DNA of 49,117 nucleotides from Candidatus Poribacteria bacterium (GTDB lineage Bacteria > Poribacteria > WGA-4E > UBA9662), in NCBI GenBank assembly GCA_046582655.1, contig JAYGDX010000306.1:1-49117 (forward strand), written 5' to 3'. A program made the position numbers and the translations under genes. Shown here in pieces: positions 30,344 through 40,976 of this stretch (positions are counted from its first letter, which is position 1; the number at the start of each line of letters is the position of its first letter). The notes under the pieces were generated by a model that worked only from the letters and a program-made list of their open reading frames with translations, was not told the origin of the DNA and searched no databases.

Positions 30344-31483
30344 ATGGCACTTAAACCTTTTTCAAACGGACCTAAACATCATTTTTTTGGTTACTATGGT
30401 ATTAACCCATGGGATCGAAATTTCCGTTACCATCTGGCTTTAGAGACCGACTTCCATAGGCATGTACCTACACCAACTGACATAGCGCAAGTTGGGTTAG
30501 TCGATAAGCGCTCCGGCGATTTCACGCCAGTGGCATCCACCTCTGCTTTCAATCTACAACAAGGTAGTATGATGCACTGGATTGATGTTGGTTTTGGAGA
30601 AGAACTGACTTTCAACGATTGGGATGATGATCGCCTGGTTTCCCGTGCCGTCACCTTGGCCACGCGAGAGTCACGTACAATCCAAGGTGCCATCGCTGCT
30701 GTCTCGACAGCTACCCCCTACGCTATCGGTTTGAATTTCGCACGCATGTCGATCTGTCGTCAGGTGGTTGGATACGCCAACAATATCGACGCTGCTTCAT
30801 GGGAACCTGTTCCGCTTGATGACGGGCTCTTTCTAATAGATCTTCGGGATGGATCAATGGAAGTGGTTCTATCTATCACAGAGGTGCTTCAACATAGTAA
30901 CCTCAATGCTGCAGATTGCGGGATGACATGGTTTAACCACATCATGTTTAACCCTCCGGGAGATCGAATCTTCTTCTTCTGTCGCACACGTCATAATGGA
31001 AGAGGGTTTAATACCTCGTTGTGGACAGTTAATCCTGACGGGTCGAATTTACAATGCCAGATTCCGTTTGGTCACAAGATTTCGCACTTTGCTTGGCGTG
31101 ACGACAAAAGAATGCTGATGTCTACCAATGTTCTGGGACAAATGCAGTTTGTAGAGTTCACCGACAGTAAGGGTGATTTCCAACCGATTGGCAAAGGGAA
31201 ACTGCCGAATGACGGACATGCCTGTTTTTCACCAGATGGGTCGTGGCTTGTATGCGACACATACCCTCGTGAGCCGGAACGAATGGCACACTTGATACTA
31301 TACCATCTGAATCGTGATCAAAAGATCGAGATTGGTCACGTCTATACCGCGCCTGAGTTCACTGGTGAGATCCGTTGCGACCTCCATCCACGCTGGTCTC
31401 CGGATGGGAAATGGGTGACTATTGACTCAGTTAACAACGGAGACCGGCAAATTTATCTAGCAGATCTATCGGAAGTCATCTAG
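30344..31483 (+). CDS. TolB/oligogalacturonate-lyase-like beta-propeller protein
   Basis: HHFFGYYGINPW, FNLQQG, FNHIMFNP, ISHFAW, DGHACFSPDG, RCDLHPRWSPDG. Confidence 0.8.
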   Translation: MALKPFSNGPKHHFFGYYGINPWDRNFRYHLALETDFHRHVPTPTDIAQVGLVDKRSGDFTPVASTSAFNLQQGSMMHWIDVGFGEELTFNDWDDDRLVSRAVTLATRESRTIQGAIAAVSTATPYAIGLNFARMSICRQVVGYANNIDAASWEPVPLDDGLFLIDLRDGSMEVVLSITEVLQHSNLNAADCGMTWFNHIMFNPPGDRIFFFCRTRHNGRGFNTSLWTVNPDGSNLQCQIPFGHKISHFAWRDDKRMLMSTNVLGQMQFVEFTDSKGDFQPIGKGKLPNDGHACFSPDGSWLVCDTYPREPERMAHLILYHLNRDQKIEIGHVYTAPEFTGEIRCDLHPRWSPDGKWVTIDSVNNGDRQIYLADLSEVI

Positions 31484-31599
31484 GCAAGATATGTACCGGA
31501 CGGCGAGATTATTCAATACCCGGATTGGTATTCTATATGCTTCTACTCATTATTAAATTAAGTAGAATCAATGCCAAAAATTAACTAAGGAACAAAAAC

Positions 31600-32952
31600 A
31601 TGAAAAAGATTTTGATTTTGATTATTTGTCTGAATTTGCTTGTGGATATTGGAACACACAAGTTGGTGACAGCAGATTCGCCTCAAGTTAAAAACCAGTG
31701 GCATCAGTGGCGAGGTCCGGATGCTACTGGGGTTGCTCCGCATGCAAATCCGCCAACGGAATGGAACGAAGACAAAAACATTCGATGGAAAATCGAGATC
31801 CCCGGTCGAGGTCACGCTTCGCCTATCATTTGGGAAAACACCATTTTTGTTACCACCACCATTAAAACAGGTGAGGAGATTTTATCGGAAGAACTGGATG
31901 CGAAAGAAAACCAGTTGCCGGGATGGCGGCGAAATGCCGGCATTCCGGTTACGCATGCTCTGCAATTTGTTGTCTTATCCATCGACCGACAAACAGGTGA
32001 AATCCGGTGGCGACGTGTGGCCAGAACAGCGTTGCCGCATGAAGGAACTTTCAGTGATGGAAGTTGGGCATCACCATCCCCCATCACTGACGGTACGCAT
32101 GTATTTGCATATTTCGGTTCGTTTGGTCTCTACTGCTACGATTTCGATGGGGAGTTAAAGTGGCAAACAGATCTGGGAGACATGGATATCTTTCTCGACT
32201 TCGGAGAAGGAAGTTCGCCTGCCTTACACGGCGATACGTTGGTGATCAACTGGGATCATGAAGGACAATCATTTGTGGTTGCATTGGACAAGAAGACGGG
32301 TGCTGAAAAATGGCGTGTCAACCGTGATGAGATGACAACATGGACAACACCGATCGTGGTGGAGCTGGATGAGAAACCACAGGTAATTACCAGTGCTAAC
32401 AATCGGACGCGGGGTTATGATCTCCTGACCGGAGAACAGATCTGGGAAGCAGGCGGTCTATCCAAAAACACAATTCCGTCGCCTGTTTTTGCCAATGGGA
32501 TTGTTTACGTAGCCAGCGGGTACGACGGCGAGATCCTGCAAGCGATTCGCGTGACGGGATCCAAGGGCGACATTACGGGTACAAAGGCCATCGTTTGGGG
32601 ACGGGATAAAGACGCTCCGTATGTACCATCGCTCTTACTTTACGGCACTGCTCTTTACGCCTTGAAAAACAACAAAGCTATTCTATCCTGCTTTGACTCG
32701 AAAACCGGAAACCGCCACTATGGGCCTGAAAGGCTGAGCAATATCAAGGGCATTTATGCCTCACCCGTTGGTGCCAATAGTAAGATCTACCTCGTCGGTC
32801 GTGATGGGAATGCAGCCGTGCTGAAACATGGTGTCGAATTTGAGATCTTGGCTGAGAACCATCTGGATGACAATTTTGACGCCTCCCCAGCTATCATCGA
32901 TCAAGAACTTTATCTGCGGGGACACAAGTACCTATACTGTATTGCTGAATAA
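31600..32952 (+). CDS. PQQ-like (BamB-type) beta-propeller secreted protein
   Basis: Signal peptide, WHQWRGP, GRGHASPIIW, ASPSPITDG, ALDKKTGAEKW, YASPV, LYLRG. Confidence 0.88.
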   Translation: MKKILILIICLNLLVDIGTHKLVTADSPQVKNQWHQWRGPDATGVAPHANPPTEWNEDKNIRWKIEIPGRGHASPIIWENTIFVTTTIKTGEEILSEELDAKENQLPGWRRNAGIPVTHALQFVVLSIDRQTGEIRWRRVARTALPHEGTFSDGSWASPSPITDGTHVFAYFGSFGLYCYDFDGELKWQTDLGDMDIFLDFGEGSSPALHGDTLVINWDHEGQSFVVALDKKTGAEKWRVNRDEMTTWTTPIVVELDEKPQVITSANNRTRGYDLLTGEQIWEAGGLSKNTIPSPVFANGIVYVASGYDGEILQAIRVTGSKGDITGTKAIVWGRDKDAPYVPSLLLYGTALYALKNNKAILSCFDSKTGNRHYGPERLSNIKGIYASPVGANSKIYLVGRDGNAAVLKHGVEFEILAENHLDDNFDASPAIIDQELYLRGHKYLYCIAE

Positions 32953-32955
32953 ACA

Positions 32956-33150
32956 TCCTGTCGTGCTCAAAGACGGAATTTAAGGTGTGGAAACGCTTAG
33001 TGTTTGTTGGAAGCCGAACCAGATTCATTTCACCTCACCTTCGTTCTTTTTTCTCACGTAACCAATCAGAAAACCAACAAGGCACGAAACAATACCGAGA
33101 GTCCAATCAGTGTTAAATGCGACTAAATGCGATTTTGAGCCACGACAGGA
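32956..33150. mobile_element. Putative MITE-like element with 16-17 bp terminal inverted repeats
   Basis: TCCTGTCGTGCTCAAA (32956-32971) and TTTGAGCCACGACAGGA (33134-33150) are reverse complements with one indel. CA flanks both sides and there is no transposase. Confidence 0.4.
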
Positions 33151-33666
33151 CAATAGCATTTATCAAGCTGTCATTCCCAAAATGCGCGAAAGATGCAAGT
33201 TAGCTAGGTTTCCAACTGGTTTGTCAAGACCGAATCAAAAGGGCAGGAAAGTCAGCTGACATGGGGATTAGATTTTGTTTTGCAACACTATATAAAACGG
33301 CATTTACTGTGGAACCAACGGGAAATGGTGGTTTAACATCGAAAGACATAAAGCTGAAATTGTCCCAATTCGCAAAGAATGAAAGAACAAAATCAGTATT
33401 GATAGGTAGTTGCTTGTCCAATCGTGGACCAGGGAAGACGCAATGAAACTGGATCAAGCGGAAGACCAGACAGAACCAGCCGAAGCTATCCAAGCGTTGA
33501 AAGACAGATTACATGCAGACCACTAATAGTTGTGTGCCAGATGAAATCAGAGGAGTTTATGAAAGAAGCTGTACAAAAGTCTAATGTTTTAAACATTTAG
33601 ACTTCTATCGCGGTAAGGATCCAGCTATAGTTTGATCGTGTTGTATTTAAGCCTAGAGTTAGCAAC

Positions 33667-33737
33667 TTGTTTTTGAATTATAACTAAAATGCAAGATTAG
33701 ATAAGTTTTCTGTCATTTTTCTGTCTTATGTTCTGTC
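33667..33737. repeat. Dispersed intergenic repeat, copy A, with TTTTCTGTC direct repeats
   Basis: Aligns by eye with 37420-37481 (CTAAAATGCAAGATT-AGATAAGTTTTCTGTC vs CTAAAATACAAGATTTAGAGAAATTTTCTGTC). Confidence 0.6.
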
Positions 33738-34014
33738 GATTCGGTGTTTCGGCCTTTCCGCACTTTGGCTACAACATTTGCACCAAACCTCTATTGTTTC
33801 TTTCATAAGAAACCAGAGGAAACCCTCATAAGAGTAACCGTGATGTAACCGTAAAAAAACGTGGTTTCAGACTTTCGTATGACTCTTTTCTCTGATCAAA
33901 GAAGAGTATTTACCAAGTTTCTCGTGGAGGATGAAGTTTGCACTTGTCAAATAATACAGTGGACACGTGTGTCGCTACAGGAAGAAGCTCAGGCAGATTA
34001 GAACAGATTGTGAG

Positions 34015-34043
34015 TCAGGAGGAGTCGTAGTGGCTTCTCCTGA
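34015..34043 (+). other. Stable hairpin without U-tract
   Basis: TCAGGAGGAGTC-GTAGT-GGCTTCTCCTGA forms a 12-bp stem with two G-U pairs. Confidence 0.45.
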
Positions 34044-34243
34044 ATAGTTAGATTAAATCCGGAATCGCCGCATCTACTGCTCCTTTTCCTATCTAACCTA
34101 ATGCCAATGCCGCAGACGAACACCTCATGGTCGTCCTGTAATCCTACGGTCGCAAAAATCGGCGGCAGCCGAGATTTGTCAGTGTTCATTCCTACAACGG
34201 CTTAGGGCCATATTCACACCCGACGCTTGAATCAAAAGACGGC

Positions 34244-34872
34244 CTAGACTGCGTAGCGCAGCACTGCGACGAAATGACACGCCGTGCCTGCGAGGGTGAA
34301 CAGGTGCCAGACGAAGTGACTGTACCGAACGCGCTTGGCTGCGTAGAATCCGGTTCCCGCCGTGTATGCGACGCCTCCTGAGAGGAGCCAGAAGAGTCCC
34401 TTCGCGGGCATGAGAAGCCAAAGAGGCTTGACTGCGATGAGGGCGACCCAGCCTATTCCTAGATAGAGACCCATCGAGAGCCTTGGGTAGCGGATACCGG
34501 AGATCGTCTTGAGAACGACACCCGTCAGGGCGAGGCTCCACACGAGTCCCAAGAGACTCCAACCCCACGCGCCGCGGAGAACACCAAGCGTGAATGGCGT
34601 ATACGTGCCTGCGATCAAGAGGAAGATCGCGCTGTGGTCAAGCACCTGAAATACCTGTTTGGCCCGGCTCGGAGGGAACACGTGGTAGAGCATGGATGCC
34701 AAATACAATAGGCCTACGGTGAAAGTGAAGACGCTCCTGCTGGGACTGCATCTGCGATGAGGACCGGGGCAGTAGCCGCGGCTGTGAGCAAGCCGATCCC
34801 GTGGCTTACACTGTTCGCGATTTCCTCCCCCAGCGATTGCACACGCTCACCTGATGCAATCACCTGAGTCAC
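34244..34872 (-). pseudogene. Hemolysin III/PAQR (TrhA-like) membrane protein, frameshifted near 34740
   Basis: QSLGEEIANSVSHGIG in one frame; YLASMLYH, LDHSAIFLLIAGTYTPF and HFVWHLFTLAGTACHF in another. A short deletion is apparent at the junction. Confidence 0.85.
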
Positions 34873-35106
34873 GGTTCTAGGTGGTAATTCCGCTTGTTCA
34901 CCTTATTCAACTATTGCCCAAATGGGTGATCGATCCCCAAATTTAGGCTTTGGGACCGATTGACTTTTGCGTATAATTGGCTTTGCGATTTTTTGTGAGA
35001 TAGTTGTCATGAATGTACATTCCTTTCGTGCATGCATACGGCATTAAGAAATTCCGCTTGTCGCATTCTTTTGAGTCTAGTGGAGAGGAATCAAAGGTCA
35101 AAAGAC

Positions 35107-35143
35107 AAAAGCGACCTCGGTTTGTGTTTCCGAGATCGCTTTT
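35107..35143 (-). terminator. Rho-independent terminator of the cold-shock gene (possibly bidirectional)
   Basis: Minus strand AAAGCGATCTCGG-loop-CCGAGGTCGC followed by TTTTGTCTTTT, about 20 nt after the stop. Confidence 0.75.
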
Positions 35144-35165
35144 AGTGCTTTAATTTTATTGAATG

Positions 35166-35372
35166 CTAGAGTTTTATTACGCCTTTGGCTTGAAGACCTT
35201 TATCTGTTGTTTCAACTGTAAACTCGACTCTTTGGTCTTCCTCAAGTGATTTGAATCCTAAGCCTTGGATTTCAGAATGATGGACAAAGACGTCTTCATT
35301 TTCATCGGTAGTGATAAATCCGTAGCCTTTTGCATCATTAAACCATTTAACACTACCTGTTTTTGTTTCCAT
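35166..35372 (-). CDS. csp: Cold-shock protein (CspA family)
   Basis: GSVKWFNDAKGYGFI (RNP1), DVFVHHSEI (RNP2), GFKSLEEDQRVEF. Confidence 0.97.
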   Translation of the reverse strand: METKTGSVKWFNDAKGYGFITTDENEDVFVHHSEIQGLGFKSLEEDQRVEFTVETTDKGLQAKGVIKL

Positions 35373-36001
35373 AGATCCTACTTTTTCCTTATTAATTAAA
35401 CAGCCAAGCTTAGATTTACTAAGCTGTCACTTTCTAAAGCATTATGCTTATTTACTACTGAAATAAACCAACTACCCATAATGGTATCAGAGTGAAGGTT
35501 GAGTATGCCAGAAATTTTTATAAGATCTATTTACCAACAGAGACAAGTGCCTTATATTCCTATAGTATTCTGACTGTTTGGACGGTGATGGAGGTTATGT
35601 AAGCTCAAATTCCACGGCTCTTAATATCACTGGGGTTTTTAACAGTATCAGCAAGGATAAAGGCGGATAGTTTTCCAGGACTATGGACTGCGGTCGTAAC
35701 TAACAGCGATAGTTTTTTTACTGCTAGGAATTATTCCATGTGGCTAAATCGTAATGGTTTTATTCATTATTAATCTGTTGATGGGATATTTGGTCAAGGG
35801 CTCAAGTTGGTTTGTTGTCTTTAAGTTAAAAACTTAAAGAAGAAGGATCAATCGATGAGGATAAGGCTTACCCCACAGCGGTATTTCGTATCCTTTACAT
35901 GAAATTAAGCAGAAGAGCTCGCAAGCCGTAATCATTTTGCTTGTTGCGTAGGTATCCGTTTCTCCGCTTGGTGGGAGGTGGAGATTATGCTATGTGCGTG
36001 C

Positions 36002-37155
36002 TTATCTTAGACCTTTTGGTGCCAGCTCACCGATCGAATGCTCGAGCTCATCAGTTGTGTTTCTATGGAGGCTACCCGTCGTCTCGGGTAGCGGTGTGTC
36101 GAATTGGTAGCTCGGGTCAGTCTGTTGCCGCTTCCATATCTCCCGCATCTCTAGCCAGGCACCGACGAGGGTACGTGGCTTTGGCATGTCTTGCGCCACT
36201 TCTCGGTACACCTTCTTTAGGTTGTAGCATGGGACACCAGCGTACATATGGTGCTCGGTGTGCCAGTTCATCCTCCAGTAGAGAAACTCTGAAAGCGGGT
36301 CTAGGGTTATCGAACGGACACATTTTCGGAAGTCTGGCACGTCGTCGCTCAAGCCACAGTGCTGCGTCAAGCCGACAAAGTAGCGTCCCCAGTTGCCGAT
36401 AAACGCAAACAAGGTAATAAGCAGCGGTAACACCCACAGACCGGTGGCTACCGACACCGTGACTACCGCTCCATGGAACAGAAGCGTCACTCGTGACCAC
36501 CACATTGATTTGCGTGCCTCGTGTGGTTGGTCAGTGTGCAAGGCCTGTAACCACTCACGACTCGGTATCTCTGTCGAGGCTTTCACACCAAGGGCCACCC
36601 TGATGGTAGTGATGATCGTTGGAATGAGTTCGCCCTTGCCGAAGGTCCTTCCTGGTTGAGTGAAAAGATTGACGGTGAACATCTGCAACAGGAAGGTGGG
36701 CTCTACCAGAAGGCTTAAGAGGCAGCAGCACCTCGCGATCCCCTTCGGGATGCAGGGTATAGCGGTGGTGATAGGTATGGCTCATGGCGTAATCAAAGGG
36801 GTCCCACCAGCTTAAGAGGCTGTATAGGTACAAGAAGAGCTTATTGAGCCACTTAGTGCGGAACACAGTGCCGTGACCGAGCTCATGCGGAGCCACCCCC
36901 CGTGAAGAAACTGCCGATCGTTCCGTGGGTGAACAACACGGCGGCGAATCTGAACCACATCTGCCGCGACCAGAAGAGGTAACTCAGGATGCCAGTGCCG
37001 GCAAACAGGGTCAAATGCCCCACGGCTTGGAACCATCCCTGTAAGTCGCTGCGCTTCATCAACTCACGTAGCTTGGTTGGCTCGATAGGGCATCGGTACC
37101 ATTTAACCCGAAGCGTCTGTCGGACTTCAACTAGCGGTTGGTAGTTCGGGTTCAT
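36002..37155 (-). pseudogene. Membrane fatty-acid desaturase family protein, two frameshifts
   Basis: His boxes HELGH, HTYHH and HTEHH lie in consecutive overlapping ORFs (37155-36883, 36896-36555, 36688-36002). Shifts occur near the G-run at about 36895 and near 36700. Confidence 0.85.
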
Positions 37156-37419
37156 TGTCTTCTCCTCTTTTCCTTTTCTAATCTAGCAAAAATTGGCAGA
37201 TGTTGCAAACATTGACAAGTATCAGACTCCAGATTAGTATATTCTTGGGGTTTGGCTTCATTGTTTCCATTTTTCTGTTGTTTTCCCCTCAAAAAATCCC
37301 ATGATAAAACACTGTCATGTAACCGTGGTATGACTGTTTGAGTAGTCCAACAGCCCATGTTTATGATTTAAATTCAAACTAAAAGTCAGGAAAATTGATG
37401 GTATGTAGCATTTGGTTTG

Positions 37420-37481
37420 TTGTATTTAAATTAAAAGCTAAAATACAAGATTTAGAGAAATTTTCTGTCTTTGTTTCTGCC
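37420..37481. repeat. Dispersed intergenic repeat, copy B
   Basis: Similar to 33667-33737; lies upstream of the desaturase gene. Confidence 0.6.
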
Positions 37482-37644
37482 AGTTAGATTATTCGCCTTT
37501 CTTGCTCTCAATTGAGAGTTGAACCTGATCATCAACTAAGGAGATAAATACGTCCGACATTATTATAATTCACCTCAAGAGTGCTACAGTCTAGACAAAT
37601 GCGACCGGCAATCACGAACTCACAACCGAATTTTTTGAGGGGAA

Positions 37645-38322
37645 TCATTTTCTCAAAATATTGAATAATTTTCTGAAAAATCCGAACGGTTTCTTCTTAA
37701 CTTGGTTTTGCAAAGTTCTGTTGTAAGCATTAATCAGATTATTATATGCAGCAACTTGCTCAGGATTAATCTGTATTGCTTTTTCGTAAGTCTCTATTGC
37801 TTCTTCATATCTCTCTCTTTCAGAGTAAGCATTACCTAGATTGTTATATGCAGCAGTTTCCTCAGGGTTAATCTGTATTACTTTCTGATAAGCCTCTATT
37901 GCGTCCTCATATCTCTCTTGCTTAGCATATGCATTACCTAGATTGTTATATGCAGCAGTTTCCTCAGGATTGATCTGTATTACTTTCTGATAAACCTCTA
38001 TTGCGTCCTCATATCTCTCTTTTTCAGAATATGCATCACCTAGATTGCAATATATAGCAATTTCCTCAGGATTGATCTGTATTGCTTTTTCGTAGGTTTC
38101 TATTGCGTCCTCATATCTCTCTTGCTTAGCATATGCATTACCTAGATTGTTATATGCAGCAACTTGCTCAGGATTGATCTGTATTATTTTCTGATAAGCC
38201 TCTATCGCTTCCTCATATCTCTCTTCATTAAAGTACATGTTACCCAGATTTCCATGTGCAGTAACATCTTCGGGATTAATTTCTACCGCTTTAATCAATA
38301 ATTCTTTAGATGACTTGTTCAA
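37645..38322 (-). CDS. TPR-repeat protein
   Basis: 34-aa repeats AYNNLGNAY..ERYEDAIEAYQKVIQINPE. TTG start after a GAGGT RBS. Confidence 0.92.
   Translation of the reverse strand: MNKSSKELLIKAVEINPEDVTAHGNLGNMYFNEERYEEAIEAYQKIIQINPEQVAAYNNLGNAYAKQERYEDAIETYEKAIQINPEEIAIYCNLGDAYSEKERYEDAIEVYQKVIQINPEETAAYNNLGNAYAKQERYEDAIEAYQKVIQINPEETAAYNNLGNAYSERERYEEAIETYEKAIQINPEQVAAYNNLINAYNRTLQNQVKKKPFGFFRKLFNILRK
37735..38290 (-). repeat. 102-bp tandem repeat array (about 5.5 units) encoding the TPRs
   Basis: CATATCTCTCT recurs at 37806, 37908, 38010, 38112 and 38214. Confidence 0.9.
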
Positions 38323-38580
38323 TACTTACCTCAAAACTAAGCAGATGAATTTTATGTTCATTATAAAGTTCGCTAGGTTCACTGGATTTGACATCAGGAA
38401 GTTCATCTTAATAAATAGAAACGAAGTATCAATCATTTCAACTGTAGAACATGCAAAATGTTAAGAACCTACTAAGTTATGTTACACTTGTTGAAACGTT
38501 CTAGCCCTGATGAGGCAAGAACAGAATACTAACAATTGTGTTTCAGATTTCTTGCTTAGGCTAAGCCAATAAGATGAGGC

Positions 38581-38609
38581 ATTCTAACACGATTACTGTG
38601 TTGAGGTAA
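38581..38609 (-). promoter_or_regulatory. Duplicated promoter-like element, copy 1
   Basis: Minus strand TTACCT-17 nt-TAGAAT with extended TG; 26/29 identical to 44072-44100. Confidence 0.55.
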
Positions 38610-38649
38610 TTGGGTTGTGAGAGATTTGCTGATTGAAAGTAAAATCCGC

Positions 38650-40148
38650 TTAGGGAACGTACAAATTCCGCGACCGGTACTGAAAAAAGATCATTCGACG
38701 GTTCTGTTCCCCCGTCCAGGGATAGGCACCGTGGGTCTGGGCCGACGCTAGGAAAAGGAGTACATCACCCGCCTTCATCTCCACGTGCCGAACCAATTCC
38801 ATTTCGTCATCGCAGGTTCTAATTCCTTCGGGCATAGGGTAACTAACCTTGTGACTACCTGGTACGCAGACAAATCCTCCATCTGCCAACGTGACATCGC
38901 GCAATTGCCAAGCCACATTGACGTACTCACTGTAGACGCGGCCATTTTGCTGGCGGTAGTGATTGGTCACTTTGGCTGGTTCACCAGCGGCGTGCAAAGA
39001 GTGTCCGGATGACCCTTTCCCCGACAAGAATACACTACACAGCATACATTCGAAATCACTGCCCATGATCCAATTCAAGCGCTGAATCAGGGCTGGATGG
39101 GCGATCATCCTTTGAAACAGCTCGCCATGGGGTGTAGGCAGCTTCCACGGCTCACCCATCGACGACCGTCCTACTCCAGTACCCGCTAATGGTTTCGAGT
39201 CGCCTGCGGCGGATCCTCCTGTACTAACCTGGTCGGCGTTGGCCTCAATCGCCCCCTGCAACACCAAGTGGCCGCACAAGTCCCAGTGGAAAAATTCCTT
39301 CTCGTCGATTCCCGAATCCGGATTGTGGGTATAGGTCGAAGGGTGAAAAATCCCAGGCTTCTCTGCGAGCCGGGTGGTCTTGCCGTCCGAATGCACCACG
39401 GGTGGTGGATAGGGTCGGTTCGGGTTGTGTAGAACGGTGCGTTGCACCGGCGTCAGCTCAGCTGTCCATTCAGGCATTGTACTTTCGGAGCCGGTAATTT
39501 CAGTCTCGGTGGACGGGCGCACTTCAGCGCTTATATACCCGCATTCAAACAAGCGTTGTGGTCCTTTTTCCTGCCAGGTGCGCATTCCCCACATGACCGA
39601 ACTTGCGCAAAGCAACAAATCGCCCGCCTGCAAAACTGGCTGCACGACTAATCCCATATCGTCGGTCCCATGCACGAGCTCCTGTGGTGCGTCTACTGAG
39701 CTATTGTGACTGGCTGGAACCACCACCAATCCCCCATCGTCCTCTTTCACGTCCACTAGTGCCCAGAGTGCCCGCACGCCCTGACAAAATCGGATCCCGT
39801 TGTGTTGACGATAGGCTCGGGACCAATCCTGCCATTCGCTGCCCTCTGATAGGAGGGGCTCTGTCTGTCCCGCTCCTAGACCGATCAGGCGCGGGGGCTG
39901 ATCCAGTCGAAAACCCTCGCCGCATATCTGCTCTAGGTAGTACACCACAGCACAGGATGGTCGCGCAGGGCAAGCAGGGGAGTACAGGAAGGCACCGTAC
40001 ATTGCAGTGTCCCGTCGACGGCCCCCAGCCGATCGAGCGCTTGGTTACAGTCCTTTATTTCGGCCACAGTCAAGACGCCAGGGACAATAAAATAACCCGC
40101 CACATCGAAATGATAATTTTCCTCGTTGGTCATTGCTTTTCTATCCAT
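38650..40148 (-). pseudogene. Tandem two-domain PhyH-like oxygenase, frameshift near 39950
   Basis: N-terminus FDVAGY..LRDHPVL joins VYYLEQICGEGFRLD in another frame. Domain 1 has VPASH and AGDLLL but no His ligands. Domain 2 has WDLCGH, LHAAG, VPGSHK, QTHGA, RRMIF. Confidence 0.8.
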
Positions 40149-40399
40149 AACGATCTCCTTATTAATCCTTAGTTTTCTCTAGTGGTGTTAGGAGTATAAG
40201 TCCCTTGATTTCAAAGGTAGACTTAGTGCCTGTCAGTAAGGGATTTGTGAATTATAACCATCAGATTCTACTTATCAATTTAGTCATAATACGATGTTAC
40301 ACGTTGACGCTTGTCGGGTCAGCAGCATTCCTACTCTACGTATTGGAATTTATTATACGGGTTTTCGGTCTTGTCTCAACCTTAATCTCGATATAATGA

Positions 40400-40770
40400 G
40401 TTTTTAGTGTCTCTTTTTTAGCATGGCATAATGCCTCCCGCCCCTCTTCATAAGGCAACTCCAAACGATCATTTTCATTGTCATGTAGAATCAGAAATTT
40501 TGACTCTTGGCCGGTTGAACAATCGATGAGTAAGTGTGTCGTAGTGCTGGGTTGATCGAAACAAACAGGGGTCAGGCGTTTACCAGCGTCGTTCAATGCA
40601 CCAAGAGTTACGTGATTTTGTGGATCGTACCCCACAGCGGGGCACGTTGACCACACAATACTTGTTGAAGATATCGCAATGGTCCTGGGTGGAAGTATCA
40701 GCTGATATTTTATACCAGGTATGTTGATTCACAATCAGTAGGTCACCGGCGAGCCAGTCGGGTGGCATCG
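40400..40770 (-). pseudogene. Possible decayed C-terminal fragment of a 2OG oxygenase-like gene
   Basis: LAGDLLIVNQHTWY..DIFNKYC resembles the PhyH 'AGD' strand region. Continuation in another frame (GYDPQN..DAGKRL). Confidence 0.35.
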
Positions 40771-40976
40771 GGAAGGATTAGATCCCATATGCGTGCCAGT
40801 TTGTCAATAACCTAAGTCAGATTATGAGATCTGGGGATACCTAAAACAGGCTATACCCCAGATCGAAATCACATTGACCAAGAACACATTATCTTGCTGA
40901 AAGGGTTTAATTATGAACCAGCAAATATACAACGGTAAAATCATGTTTTGAGCATAAGGAATTCTTAAATACACCT

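Noticed and set aside
33260..33530. Possible gene remnant (GKWWFNIERH...EAIQALKDRL)
   Set aside because: Interrupted by stops and no family could be assigned.
34180..34245. Integron attC site after the HlyIII-like gene
   Set aside because: No convincing RYYYAAC/GTTRRRY pair with an internal palindrome, and no integrase.
34950..35145. Plus-strand small RNA between a TG-n-TATAAT-like box and the csp terminator
   Set aside because: The -35 box is poor and no structure or family is evident; it cannot be supported without RNA data.
37735..38290. Regular repeats as a CRISPR array
   Set aside because: The 102-bp units encode in-frame TPRs, with no unique spacers and no cas genes.
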